Under the pieces are notes generated by a model that was given only the letters and a program-made list of their open reading frames with translations, was not told the DNA's origin and ran no database searches. A program made the position numbers and the translations under genes. From Tubiluchus corallicola (Eukaryota > Animalia > Priapulida), in assembly GCA_030141605.1 (NCBI GenBank), contig JAQGDQ010000015.1, forward strand, positions 434,001 through 498,000: DNA of 64,000 nt, in the 5' to 3' direction. Shown here piece after piece: positions 54,208 to 64,000 of this stretch (the stretch's first letter is position 1; every line of letters begins with the position of its first letter).

Positions 54208-55129
54208 GTAAGTACAATGAAAAGCAAATGTAATTTTAGCAACATCAGAAATGTAATATGTATCTTAGTCACATGTTATATCTTTTTCATAATTGAAACT
54301 CCATTTATTTTTAAGGAGAAAAATCGTTATATTGTTTACTTAATAAATTTTTTTTCATAGAAATAATAATATTGAAGAAAATCAATTTGTATATTAGAAT
54401 TTATAAAATATATTGTCACTGTATAGTAATTTCTTTCTGCTTAATTTATAGCTGGTTTTCTACATTTTTGAGACGTATGTCGCTCTGAATTTGTATTGTA
54501 ATGGAAGAATATGAACAAAGTTCCATTGAAATCACACTTCAAAGTCATTTTTAACTATTTCTGGGAACTAGAAAAAAATAGTGAAGGTATCAAACTAACT
54601 AAAACTGGGCTGTATACACACGCTTCAGTTAGCCATTATTTGTTGTGATTTTTGTTGATTCACCAATATTTGGGTGACTATCGGTGACAGCATGGCAGTA
54701 ACCTTAAATGAACTCATGAAAACAAAGAGAGATAAATAGGTGTAAAGGCCACGAGTGATTCAAGGCTCTGCTATGATAATCAGCAAAAGAACCTTTCAGC
54801 AGTAGACTGTATACACACATGCTTGTTTATTTATTCAATTGTTTTGTTATGCAAATAAACATCAATGCGATTTACACTGTTTCAATAATTTAATTATTTG
54901 CCACATCAAAGTGTATCCCAAACGTGCTATTCTAGTATTGTTTTGATCTACTATACTGCAGTTTCAACTTCATTTGGAAACATGTGCTTGGCGCCACCTG
55001 TTAGTGCACTAACTAGTTATTTTGAACAGGACACTTGTTTTTGTGTACTATAGAAATGTGCAAAATCATTGATATGTCTTTCTAATTAAATAGTAATTCA
55101 AAGTTAATTTATTTGTTTTCTTGTCACAG

Positions 55130-55197
55130 GTTACCAGATCAAGTAGAATTGAATGCAGATGCAAATGAGGTGGATAGCTTATATGATGATAACTTGG
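55130..55197 (+). CDS. CAAP1: CAAP1 homolog, exon 5
   Basis: ttttcttgtcacag| ... |gtaata; LPDQVELNADANEVDSLYDDNL; phase 2/1 matches both neighbours. Confidence 0.8.
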
Positions 55198-55535
55198 GTA
55201 ATAACATTTCGTTGTTCTTTTTAAGTGTCTTAATTAACAGTATTTCAGAATTGCGTGAATGTATGAAATAATGAGGATAGTTAGCTGTATGTAACTATAG
55301 GTAATCAGTTATTTTTGGCCAGCATTTAATTATTAACTTACTTATTGTATGAAGGTATGCGTAACACAGTGAGTTTATGTTAAATGTGCAGTATTAGACA
55401 TATTTACTTGTATAAGGTTTATTTGAAAAAAAAATCGTCATGTGTCTGTCCATTTTTTCATCCCAGTTTGCTCCGCCTAGCCAATTACAACTTGACTTAT
55501 GCATGTAACTTTACGTGAGAAAGTAGTTCAAGGTC

Positions 55536-55729
55536 AAGAGAGAGAAAATTATAGGGAGAGGAGGTGAAAGAGAGGTAAGGAGACATAAGAAAACTGGAGA
55601 GAGTTAGAGACAGAGAGGGAAGGGGTAACAGTGAAGAATAAAGTGAGACAAAAAGCAGAGGGTAAGGAGGAGAGAGGGAGAGAATGAGAGAGAGATGGAG
55701 TCGGAATGGGGGGTGAGAGAGAGAGATGA
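55536..55729 (+). repeat. Purine-rich (AG) low-complexity tract
   Basis: Degenerate GA/GGA repeats. Confidence 0.75.
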
Positions 55730-56036
55730 ATTACAGGCATTGCCAGAAGGGCACGATTTTACACAGCGCTATATACTCTTTAGGTCCTATGGGCAATGAT
55801 GGGGCATTCAGCAAATAGTTACTTGCGAATGTCTTTGTCTTAAAAATACTTTGGTATTAAGACTCTTTAGACTCTTTACATTATTAGTAGTGTGACAAAA
55901 GTTATCAAATTTTTTGCTGCGTAAAATTCAGCCATAGTTGTATCACGTGTGTTTATTTACAAAATTCAGTCTGCAACCTTACTTTGTTGTTCAAAATGCT
56001 ACTGCCCATGGCTAAAAATAATAAATTATATTTTAG

Positions 56037-56359
56037 ATAATTTAGGTAAACCTAAAGGGAAGAATGCAATTCGCCGTGCGGATGAGGAAGCAAAAAAACG
56101 AATGCAGGCTAGTGCACTAAAACGCAAACACGATCCAGCACGTTTGGTGTCAGGAGATAATGATATATATGAAAAAGTGAATGATGGCAACAATGTTAAA
56201 GAACAGGTCGAGCAAGAGATTCATGTTGAAGATGAAAAAGGAGACAAAAAATCAGATGAAGACAAAGAAGTAGCAGAACAAGAAGAAAAAGCAGAGGAAG
56301 AAGATAGAGCTCTTAACAATGCATCATTGGAAGATATTGCATTGACATCTTTCACTAAA
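56037..56359 (+). CDS. CAAP1: CAAP1 homolog, exon 6 (charged)
   Basis: ttttag|AT ... AAA|gtacgt; DNLGKPKGKNAIRRADEEAKKRMQ...LEDIALTSFTK; phase 1/0; alternative in-frame acceptor 9 nt downstream. Confidence 0.85.
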
Positions 56360-57110
56360 GTACGTAGCACTTTTCATTTTTCTCTTTTTATGTTTGTACT
56401 CTGAATCTCAAGGGACTACGTTAATATGAGTAAGGATGTGATTAACATCCTCTGGGACTGAAATACCTTTCATGCAATTTACTGAAAATATCAGGCAGCG
56501 TGGTGTACATTTGGTTCTCAACAGGCCAAGTTACTCTTTTGCTTTCTTGCATGTTTTTATGTGGAGCTTTCTTAAAATTGGGCAATAACAGCACACCAAC
56601 GACAGTGCCACAATGTGAGCAGTGAGTGTACTTAAGTACTGCACACGTATTATGATTTCTTTGTGCCATGATTCTCTTTTATTCTTAATAAGTTTTTGCA
56701 TACTGATGTAGTTTGCATTGGGGAGAAAAAACTCTTTGCATGCATAATTTAAAATTTGATCAGAAAGTATACATGAACTGCACATGTCCTGCTACTGCTA
56801 AAGTAAAATGATATAAATGAAAAACAGCTTTTTAAACTACAATACTGTGTGTGGAATTATGGTACAATTTGCATTAAACTTACATTAAAACTTTTTTATT
56901 GTCGATTATTGCAACAATAAAGATTAACTGAAGCCAATATCATTCACATACATTAAAATAATCAGCATGGATATTACAATTAATATATAATAATAATATT
57001 AGCTTTAAGAAAATGGTGAGTGCATTTGGAGTGAATATAGAATTCCTTCGAATGCAGTACAATTTTTTAAGTGAGTAGCACATATTCTGATTATAAATAA
57101 TTAAAGAAGT

Positions 57111-57113
<3 letters not shown>

Positions 57114-57146
<33 letters not shown>
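57114..57146. repeat. (AT)n microsatellite
   Basis: Pure AT run. Confidence 0.9.
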
Positions 57147-57149
<3 letters not shown>

Positions 57150-58048
57150 TACTTGAACATACTACTTCTTCACATAATATTTATAGAAACTTGAAAATTC
57201 AAAACGAACATTCATTATATATATATGTGTGTGTATATATATATTGAACTGCAGACAGTACCTTAATCACACGGGCTAAAACTGCACAGGTTGATTTGAT
57301 TCAGTACCAGCAGAGGTGCGTTGAATTACAGAACAACTTGTATGTCAAAGTTTTGATCACCACTGTGTTACCATGAAACAGCATTGCTACGTCATAGCTG
57401 TCCATAACTGACTAGCATCTGGTGGTTTCCACGATGCGTTGATCAAACGAATCATCATGCCCCTTAAATAATAGATAAAAACATCATAACGCGGTACTTC
57501 AGCCTACCACTGGCAAAAGCACAGGTAAAAATGAATCCAAGCTTACATTCACCTGCAAAGAAATGCAGCAGACTCAAACTGTCCATTAACAGTCCATGGC
57601 TGGGTTCATTGCATCATCCCACTTCTTCTGACACCAATGAACTGCTGGCGATACCTCGCCGACAAGGGCTAAGACTACGCAGGTTGGTTCGGTACCACAG
57701 ATGCGGAGGCCAAGCACTCTACAACTCTTCTGACATCCATCCACAAGCAACAGAATGATCTGTGGGAAAAACGATACTTTTATTGGCAAATTACATGAAG
57801 TAGATCCAAAAATAATGATGAAATTAAGTTCACACCATTGTGGATTAATCCATCTCTTTTATACAGGCCAGATGCATAACTTTGCTTCAACAGAAACTTA
57901 CATTTAGCGTGAATGGGGTGTTCAGTACACTATATATATATAGTAGCTATAATATATATATTATACTTGTATAATACAATTTCATATGCTAGACCTAAAG
58001 AAACTGGTACCAAAATCAGTTAATGATTCATATGTTATTTATTTGTAG

Positions 58049-58201
58049 AACCAGATGGAAATTCTTGAGTTAGAGATGAGAGCAAGAGCTATAAAATCAA
58101 TGCTGACTGCTCAAATGGCATATTCTGCTGGTGATGATGATGACGATGAGTATCTTGAAAGTGATGATTCGGATGATAGCTTGATCCAGGCTACTTACAA
58201 G
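58049..58201 (+). CDS. CAAP1: CAAP1 homolog, exon 7 (conserved LELEMRARAIK motif)
   Basis: atttgtag|AAC; NQMEILELEMRARAIKSML matches the CAAP1 C-terminal motif; donor AAG|gtatac, phase 0/0. Confidence 0.92.
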
Positions 58202-58919
58202 GTATACTTGTTATTCCAGTGTTTGTGCTGGTTCTCAGTCATTTACGTTATTTCAGAACAAGCCTAAAATTGTATTTATTTACCATAAAATTCACTTTGT
58301 TTTAATTTCAATGTACAAAATGAAAGCTTAATTTTTCTCCGATGGACAAATCATGATGGTTCTACAAATACTTATAAGTTAATGGTAAACTAATAAATTT
58401 TGAAGCTGAAATAAAAAAAACTAAATTTATGATCATGAAACATTAGTTATCAAGCCAGTGTCCCAAATTTTAATTATTTTTAACATTTCCCTGATATGAG
58501 CTGCCACTAAGCACCCATCTTTTAAAATCTAATTTTTGTATCAGTTTGTGCAAGCTATAAATACTTCAACCATAATACAATATAGCATCATTATATTGAA
58601 CATGGTATATTGCATACACACTGGTAATACAGCAATGCTCGCAAAAAAAAACTTCCGTCATTCATTTAACTAGTACAATAACTTTGAGTTCAGCGTACTC
58701 GGTTATTACACATTGCAGACTTCTTATCGGTGCCCACTGCCTGTATTGCTGTGCATTTACAAGTTTTTAATGTATATTTTTTACCTTTGCCAGCCATTTG
58801 CAAATTAATTATAAACACAGTTAAATTTAGCCCATCACTCTTGATGCTGCAAGTGTTGTTGGGCATATAGCATTGTACATTTATACACTATTTTTATAAT
58901 TCATGCTTGTCCATCTAAT

Positions 58920-59378
58920 GGTGCATGCTTAAAGTGGCACAGGAAAAATGGCATGGTAAAAATGGCACAGGAAAAAATGGCACATATGTTATTTTGATGC
59001 AGTTGATTTCTGTAATGAAACTAGAATGTGCTCAGTAGGAAACAGATCTCTGCCAAACCTGAACAGTTTTAAAATTATTCGTCGGATTCTTTTGATTAAA
59101 AAAATTTAACACAAAGATAAACAAGCAAACATACGAAAATGTACATGTATTAAGTATTATATAGACTAGCAAAGGACTCACAAAATATCTGTTTATTAAA
59201 TCAATAATGCACGAATGTTCCACATAGTATTTATCCACCATTGTAACCCTAACCCTAAAACCACTACTGTAACCCTAACCCTATAGACATATTTTACTGT
59301 GTGCCATTTTTACCTACTTTTCAATTTGTGCCATCTTTTCCTGTGCCGTTTTTAGCTGTGCCATTTTGCCTACATACC
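58920..59378. mobile_element. MITE with subterminal repeats, 8-bp TSD and internal (TAACCC)n
   Basis: GG..CC termini; arrays of TGGCACAGGAAAAA at left and TGTGCCATTTT at right; flanks CATCTAAT (58912-58919) and CATCTAGT (59379-59386); TAACCCTAACCCTA twice. Confidence 0.85.
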
Positions 59379-59532
59379 CATCTAGTAATTACATCCATAA
59401 GATCAGCTGTATATGCTTATAAAGTACCTTTTCCTGGGTCCTTAAAGTGTTCACTATAATGATGTTATACTATACTTGCTCTCTTACGTGCTGCAATTTT
59501 TTTACAGATTTACTGTTACATTACCATTACAG

Positions 59533-60822
59533 ATTTACCCACCACTTACCGAGTCACCAAAACCTGCACGACAACCAACTGAAAAACATTCTGACAGTGA
59601 AACAGAAGAAGGAGAGGTGATAACTGATAGTGAAGAAGAACTCGAGAACAACATAACGGTTTTATCATCTAAACTGGATGTTCCTGCTGACGTGTGCATG
59701 GACTCCTACCACTTGTTAAATGATTTATCTGTAAAAGTAGCCAAGCTAATAGAAGAAAATATAAGGGAATATGATAAAAATGGTGATGACATAAATGTGA
59801 TCGCTTCTTCTCTGAACAGTTACACAAGACCTGAGACAGGTGAAACTCAGCAGCAAAATCGAAAAGAAAAAGCTTTGGAGGACAAGAATTCTATACCACT
59901 ATCTCATCAAGAAATAAATGCAAATGAATTATCTGAGGATAGAGAAGCAAGTAACCAAACTTGTGCTGTAGCAAGTGATCCTGTGGCTTCCAAAGAAGAA
60001 ACAGAGTTTCAGAGCTTACACGAAAGGGAGTCTGAACGTAAACTGCAAGATACAACATTTACTTTAGGAAAAATAGCTAGTCCTATTGAACAAAAAGATT
60101 CTCCAGAGACAGTCATATCTGAAGAAATGAATACAGAGACTGCCACTGATGTAAATGCTGAAGAATTCAAAGCTAGTGATAGCCCGCAGAGTTTAGATTA
60201 CAATTTTGATGATGAAATTGATATGATAGAGGTTTATAGTAGCGATGAAAGCGAAAGCACTGAAGCCGAGCAGGTGTCTGAGGATACAGATGATAACGAA
60301 GATATTGATGGCTTGGAAGAGGAAGTACGTAAGTCTTACAGAGCCGACATGGCAGAAGCTGCCAGACAATGTTTCAATTTGGATAATAATGTTCAAGCTG
60401 AGCTTGAATCAAATGAAAATTATAAATTTGGTGAACAGTTGGAGGAGAACAATGAATTTATAGGTAAAATAGTAGCTAATGAAAAATTGAAAGAAGATGA
60501 TAAAATGGGTAACAATTTAGATCTTTTTGGGCACACTAACGAAAGCTTGCTTGTAAATAGTGGCAGTCAAGTTGTCGGAAAGGAAGATGATATTAACGTT
60601 ATTAGTGAAACTATGCATACTGTGACTGCTTATGCTATTTTAGAATCTAGTGATGCAAAAAATGAAAATTTGCACAAGAGCAATGAAATTGAAGTTAACT
60701 TAAAAGCTAAGGATGTTGATACTAGTGGGTCTATGTCTGCAGAAGAAGATCAAACAAGCAGATCAAGTACGTCAAGTAAAACTGAATCAATAAATGAAAC
60801 CATCAACGAAACCAACAGGTGA
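59533..60822 (+). CDS. CAAP1: CAAP1 homolog, terminal exon 8 (~429 aa acidic, low complexity)
   Basis: Long open frame; phase-0 acceptor ccattacag|ATT at 59532 fits exon 7; TGA ends 60822. Confidence 0.75.
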   Translation: MYPPLTESPKPARQPTEKHSDSETEEGEVITDSEEELENNITVLSSKLDVPADVCMDSYHLLNDLSVKVAKLIEENIREYDKNGDDINVIASSLNSYTRPETGETQQQNRKEKALEDKNSIPLSHQEINANELSEDREASNQTCAVASDPVASKEETEFQSLHERESERKLQDTTFTLGKIASPIEQKDSPETVISEEMNTETATDVNAEEFKASDSPQSLDYNFDDEIDMIEVYSSDESESTEAEQVSEDTDDNEDIDGLEEEVRKSYRADMAEAARQCFNLDNNVQAELESNENYKFGEQLEENNEFIGKIVANEKLKEDDKMGNNLDLFGHTNESLLVNSGSQVVGKEDDINVISETMHTVTAYAILESSDAKNENLHKSNEIEVNLKAKDVDTSGSMSAEEDQTSRSSTSSKTESINETINETNR

Positions 60823-60881
60823 TATAGTAATGAAAGTAAGTGCCATTCATAATTGGATTTCTCTCAAACAACTATGATGTA

Positions 60882-60887
60882 AATAAA
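60882..60887 (+). terminator. Candidate polyadenylation signal of CAAP1
   Basis: AATAAA 60 nt after the stop with a T-rich tract downstream. Confidence 0.4.
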
Positions 60888-62566
60888 GAATGTGATTATC
60901 AGCAAATGGAGAGAGACTAACCTGCACTTATTTTTATTATTATTTTTTATTTTTTTGATGATTCGATTCTGAAATGACATTTTATAGCCTGTTCCTGGTT
61001 TGTCGAAGAAAGACACAATTTAGTCAGTTGTGTCAAGTACCCAGTGTACTATCAACAGTGCAGTCAAATTGGGCAAAGATTGCCTGCATTGTTCAAAGTG
61101 TTTTGCAAGATGGATTAATTATATACCTGCAGCTGTAATTTCGCGCTATAAGTAAGTTTGCACATTATTGTGTCTTAGTGTTCAAAAGCAAATAATTCAG
61201 TTTAAACTGAAGACAAATCTTGTAAATTGTAGGCTCTTATCATATTGCTATTGCTACCAAGGCATCAAAATCACGATAAGACTGGTTTCAATATTTTTGC
61301 AGAAAAGTCCTTGTTTTAAGGTTTGTATTAGTGAAAGTTGACTGTAAAGATGCAACCTTCCTGGTAATAATCTTATTTCAAATTTATGTAAATAAGTAAA
61401 TCTAGATTGTCCTATAATTCCAGAAGTCTAATTTTCTTACTTGTTTTTACTTTTGGATGATCAACTTAATTAGACCATTCATAAGGAAGCATTATATTAT
61501 TAAATTAAAACAAACCTTTGTAATATTCAAACCAAATCAAGTTTCTTAATTCAAGAATGGGTAAACTGGCCAATTTCAATAAGAATGGTATTACATGTCC
61601 TATGATAACGATGGAAATTGTAACTGCATTGGCTTGTGGTGCCATCTGGTGGTAGATTTGCAATTATATTGCTGGTAAATTTTTAGTAAGACCTTTACTT
61701 CATCGCCTGAACTAAGGCATTGTTTGGCGTGATCCAGGGTGAATTGTAACATTTTTTTCAAAATAATGTTCATTGATGTTATTTTGTTATCATAATGCAT
61801 TGTCAATACTGTTCACGTTGACATACATAGCATCCTAAAAAACGATTTCCTTTTTTTAGATTATGTTGCTCAGTTCAGTCCTTTGTAACTGAGCTTATTT
61901 TTCTTCTGATTGAATCTGTTTTTGTGATTTGTAAGGAAGTGTTCATATTAAATCCATTACTTCAACAGTGATACTGTAAGAGTTGTAAATAGGTTTTTTC
62001 GTTGGCAGTTTCATTTTCCGTATGGATTCGGGCTTTTGTGGAGAATGTATATACCAATCTTGGGCAACTCTGCCTGTTTACTGGCCCATCTTAAAGAGAT
62101 ATCTTTGATAACGAGCCAGACTAGTCTTGTCACAAACTAGTAGTAGGCCCTGCCATTGAATACTGAATCTTGCAGTGTGCACAACTGCAAAAAATGAGAT
62201 AGCAATTCATTTTAAATGCAGCAAAATTGAAGCCAAAATTGTAGTTGTTATTTATTTTGCTGTTGAATCTTTGAGACTACTTTCCACTATAATTATATTT
62301 ATATGCAGAAGGGGCACCAGAGTATGAAATCTTTCTTTTCAAACCATTCAGTGCATTGTGTACTATCGCTAACACTGTTCGTATACTTATGTCACCCAAA
62401 ATCTACAGAAATTATTCAAATTAGTGTTAAACTTAAAGTAATAATAATAAACACCATATAGTCTATAGTAGTTTTAGTCTCTTTGGATAACAGTACTGGC
62501 CCTTGCTGCAACCAGATTCACACATGAATTTGAAAAAGATGACAAGAACTCTACTTCTTCGTGTTA

Positions 62567-62572
62567 TTTATT
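62567..62572 (-). terminator. Candidate poly(A) signal of a convergent minus-strand gene
   Basis: AATAAA on the minus strand with a TG/T-rich downstream element. Confidence 0.35.
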
Positions 62573-63654
62573 TCTTCAACGAGTTAATATACACAGCATG
62601 CAGTTGGTGTAAATCTTTCTGCAATTCTGTTACATGGAATCGCATTGCATTCTGGGTAATTTGTCTAAGCGCCGTGTAAGCCCCTGATTTACGGTGCGGA
62701 TTTGGTTGCTGTGACATTAGCAATACTTCTTCGTCACACTCACGTTTTATAGGTGGGTGGCAGGGATGCTTAAGACCCGTTATGGCTATTTGATGACGCT
62801 TCGCTCTGATCTACGGATTTATCTGATGTGCATCCGACAAAACCGACGCGCCAACAAACAAAAAATTGTCTAACCCGAGTAACTTCGTCATTTAAAATAC
62901 CATTTGCAGCCATTTCTGCTGTCTTCTGTGTTTACTATCTAATAAGGTTTAGAATTGCGCAGTAAAATAACTTATTAATGTAACTGGAGTAAGCAATTCT
63001 CAGAAATTTATCAAACGAAATCCATACTTGCACTTTGTTGTCATTATTTTAAAAAATGAATGAAAACTTTTTTAGTTCAGTATATACTTTTCCCGAATGG
63101 AGACAGGCTTTATTTAATGGTCGTACTTCAACTCCACGCAAAAGTAAACAAACGAAAAGTATGGGCCTTTCGCCTTTGATTTGGTGCACTCTTAGCATGT
63201 GACAATTAAACCTTAATTGCGCTTATAAGATTACTGGATGAAAGCATATAATACGGTTTTCTTAATACACTAGAAAGCCTGAAACAGTTTGGAACTCAGA
63301 TCATCTATGAGCCAGGTGGCCATGCTGACTGCATTTTAGAGAAACCAAATCTATAATCATGAAATACAGGCTCGGTTTAGTGATTCCACAGCATTTACAA
63401 CTGCTTAGTCGAATGTTACTTCGAAACCAAACCGAGTGTGATGTAAACATTCTGCAGGCCTCATTTCTCTACTTCCTGTAAATTTGCTTGGTCCTAATTT
63501 GTGTTTGAAAGGGAGCGGACAAAAAATTTTCCTAAAAATAAATCGCAACATAAAAAAAAAACTCAGACTGGTTAATGCATCGTGAATTATCGTTTCATCT
63601 GGCGGACACCGGGGATCTTCGGGTGTTACAGAAATCCTGAACACGCCCATTGTA

Positions 63655-63710
63655 TTAGCCCGCTGAGACGCAGTTTTCAATACACAAGTAGTGATCATTG
63701 ATGGAAGATC
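63655..63710 (-). CDS. Possible last coding exon of an unidentified convergent gene
   Basis: Acceptor cttctcgtgtag, then phase-1 frame SSINDHYLCIENCVSAG*; ~1.1 kb of putative 3'UTR to the AATAAA at 62567. Confidence 0.25.
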
Positions 63711-63734
63711 CTACACGAGAAGTCCATTTGCACC

Positions 63735-63980
63735 CAATGAGTGCCACCCTCACCAGAATGAAATTAAACCTTTGTTGTCTACTGCTTGACAATGTTTATA
63801 AGCTCAGTGGCGGATCCAATGTGCAAAATGTGTGCCACCCTCAACAGAATGAGAAACTTCTGTTGCTTGCAGCTTGACAATATTTATAAGTTACGAGGCG
63901 GATACACTACTGGAAAGTGCGGAGTTCTTACCAGAATGAAAACAATCTCCTTTGTATCCTAGGGGCGGATCCAGTAACGC
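63735..63980. repeat. Diverged ~90-bp tandem repeat (~3 units) containing GGCGGATCCA
   Basis: gtgccaccctca.cagaatga at 63742 and 63832; ccagaatga recurs at ~63931; GGCGGAT recurs three times. Confidence 0.75.
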
Positions 63981-64000
63981 GATAACTTGCATCCATTGGT

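Noticed and set aside
59476-59532. 5' part of the 448-aa ORF as a stand-alone gene start
   Set aside because: Non-ATG start inside a polypyrimidine/acceptor region; the 59507 acceptor is out of phase with exon 7 while 59532 is in phase
63735-63980. CRISPR-like repeat-spacer array
   Set aside because: Eukaryotic context; whole units are similar rather than repeats with unique spacers; no cas genes

Overview
AT-rich animal (probably invertebrate) nuclear DNA with spliceosomal introns; most entries in the ORF track are chance ORFs. Left end: the 5' part of a minus-strand gene whose first coding exon (1-378) encodes an acidic N-terminus, an RRKQxxP (NuRD-recruiting type) motif and the start of a CxxC zinc finger; it has candidate non-coding leader exons at ~13.4 kb and ~14.9 kb. 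A probable bidirectional promoter lies at ~15.0 kb. From 15.1 to 27.2 kb there is no credible protein, but splice-site-bounded segments and many base-paired domains suggest a spliced, structured lncRNA or small-RNA host gene. From 35.5 to 60.8 kb is an 8-coding-exon CAAP1 (caspase activity and apoptosis inhibitor 1) homolog whose exon phases all join (~787 aa, with a long acidic C-terminal extension). Its 15 kb second coding intron holds two copies of the same LINE in opposite orientation, a Helitron/HINE-like element, a promoter-like motif cluster and several RFX X-boxes. Also present: a 60-bp hairpin with a G-U bias, a MITE with an 8-bp TSD and internal telomere-type repeats, a long (GA)n tract, and probably the 3' end of a convergent gene at the right edge. 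All RNA-structure and regulatory calls were made by eye and need computational or experimental checks.
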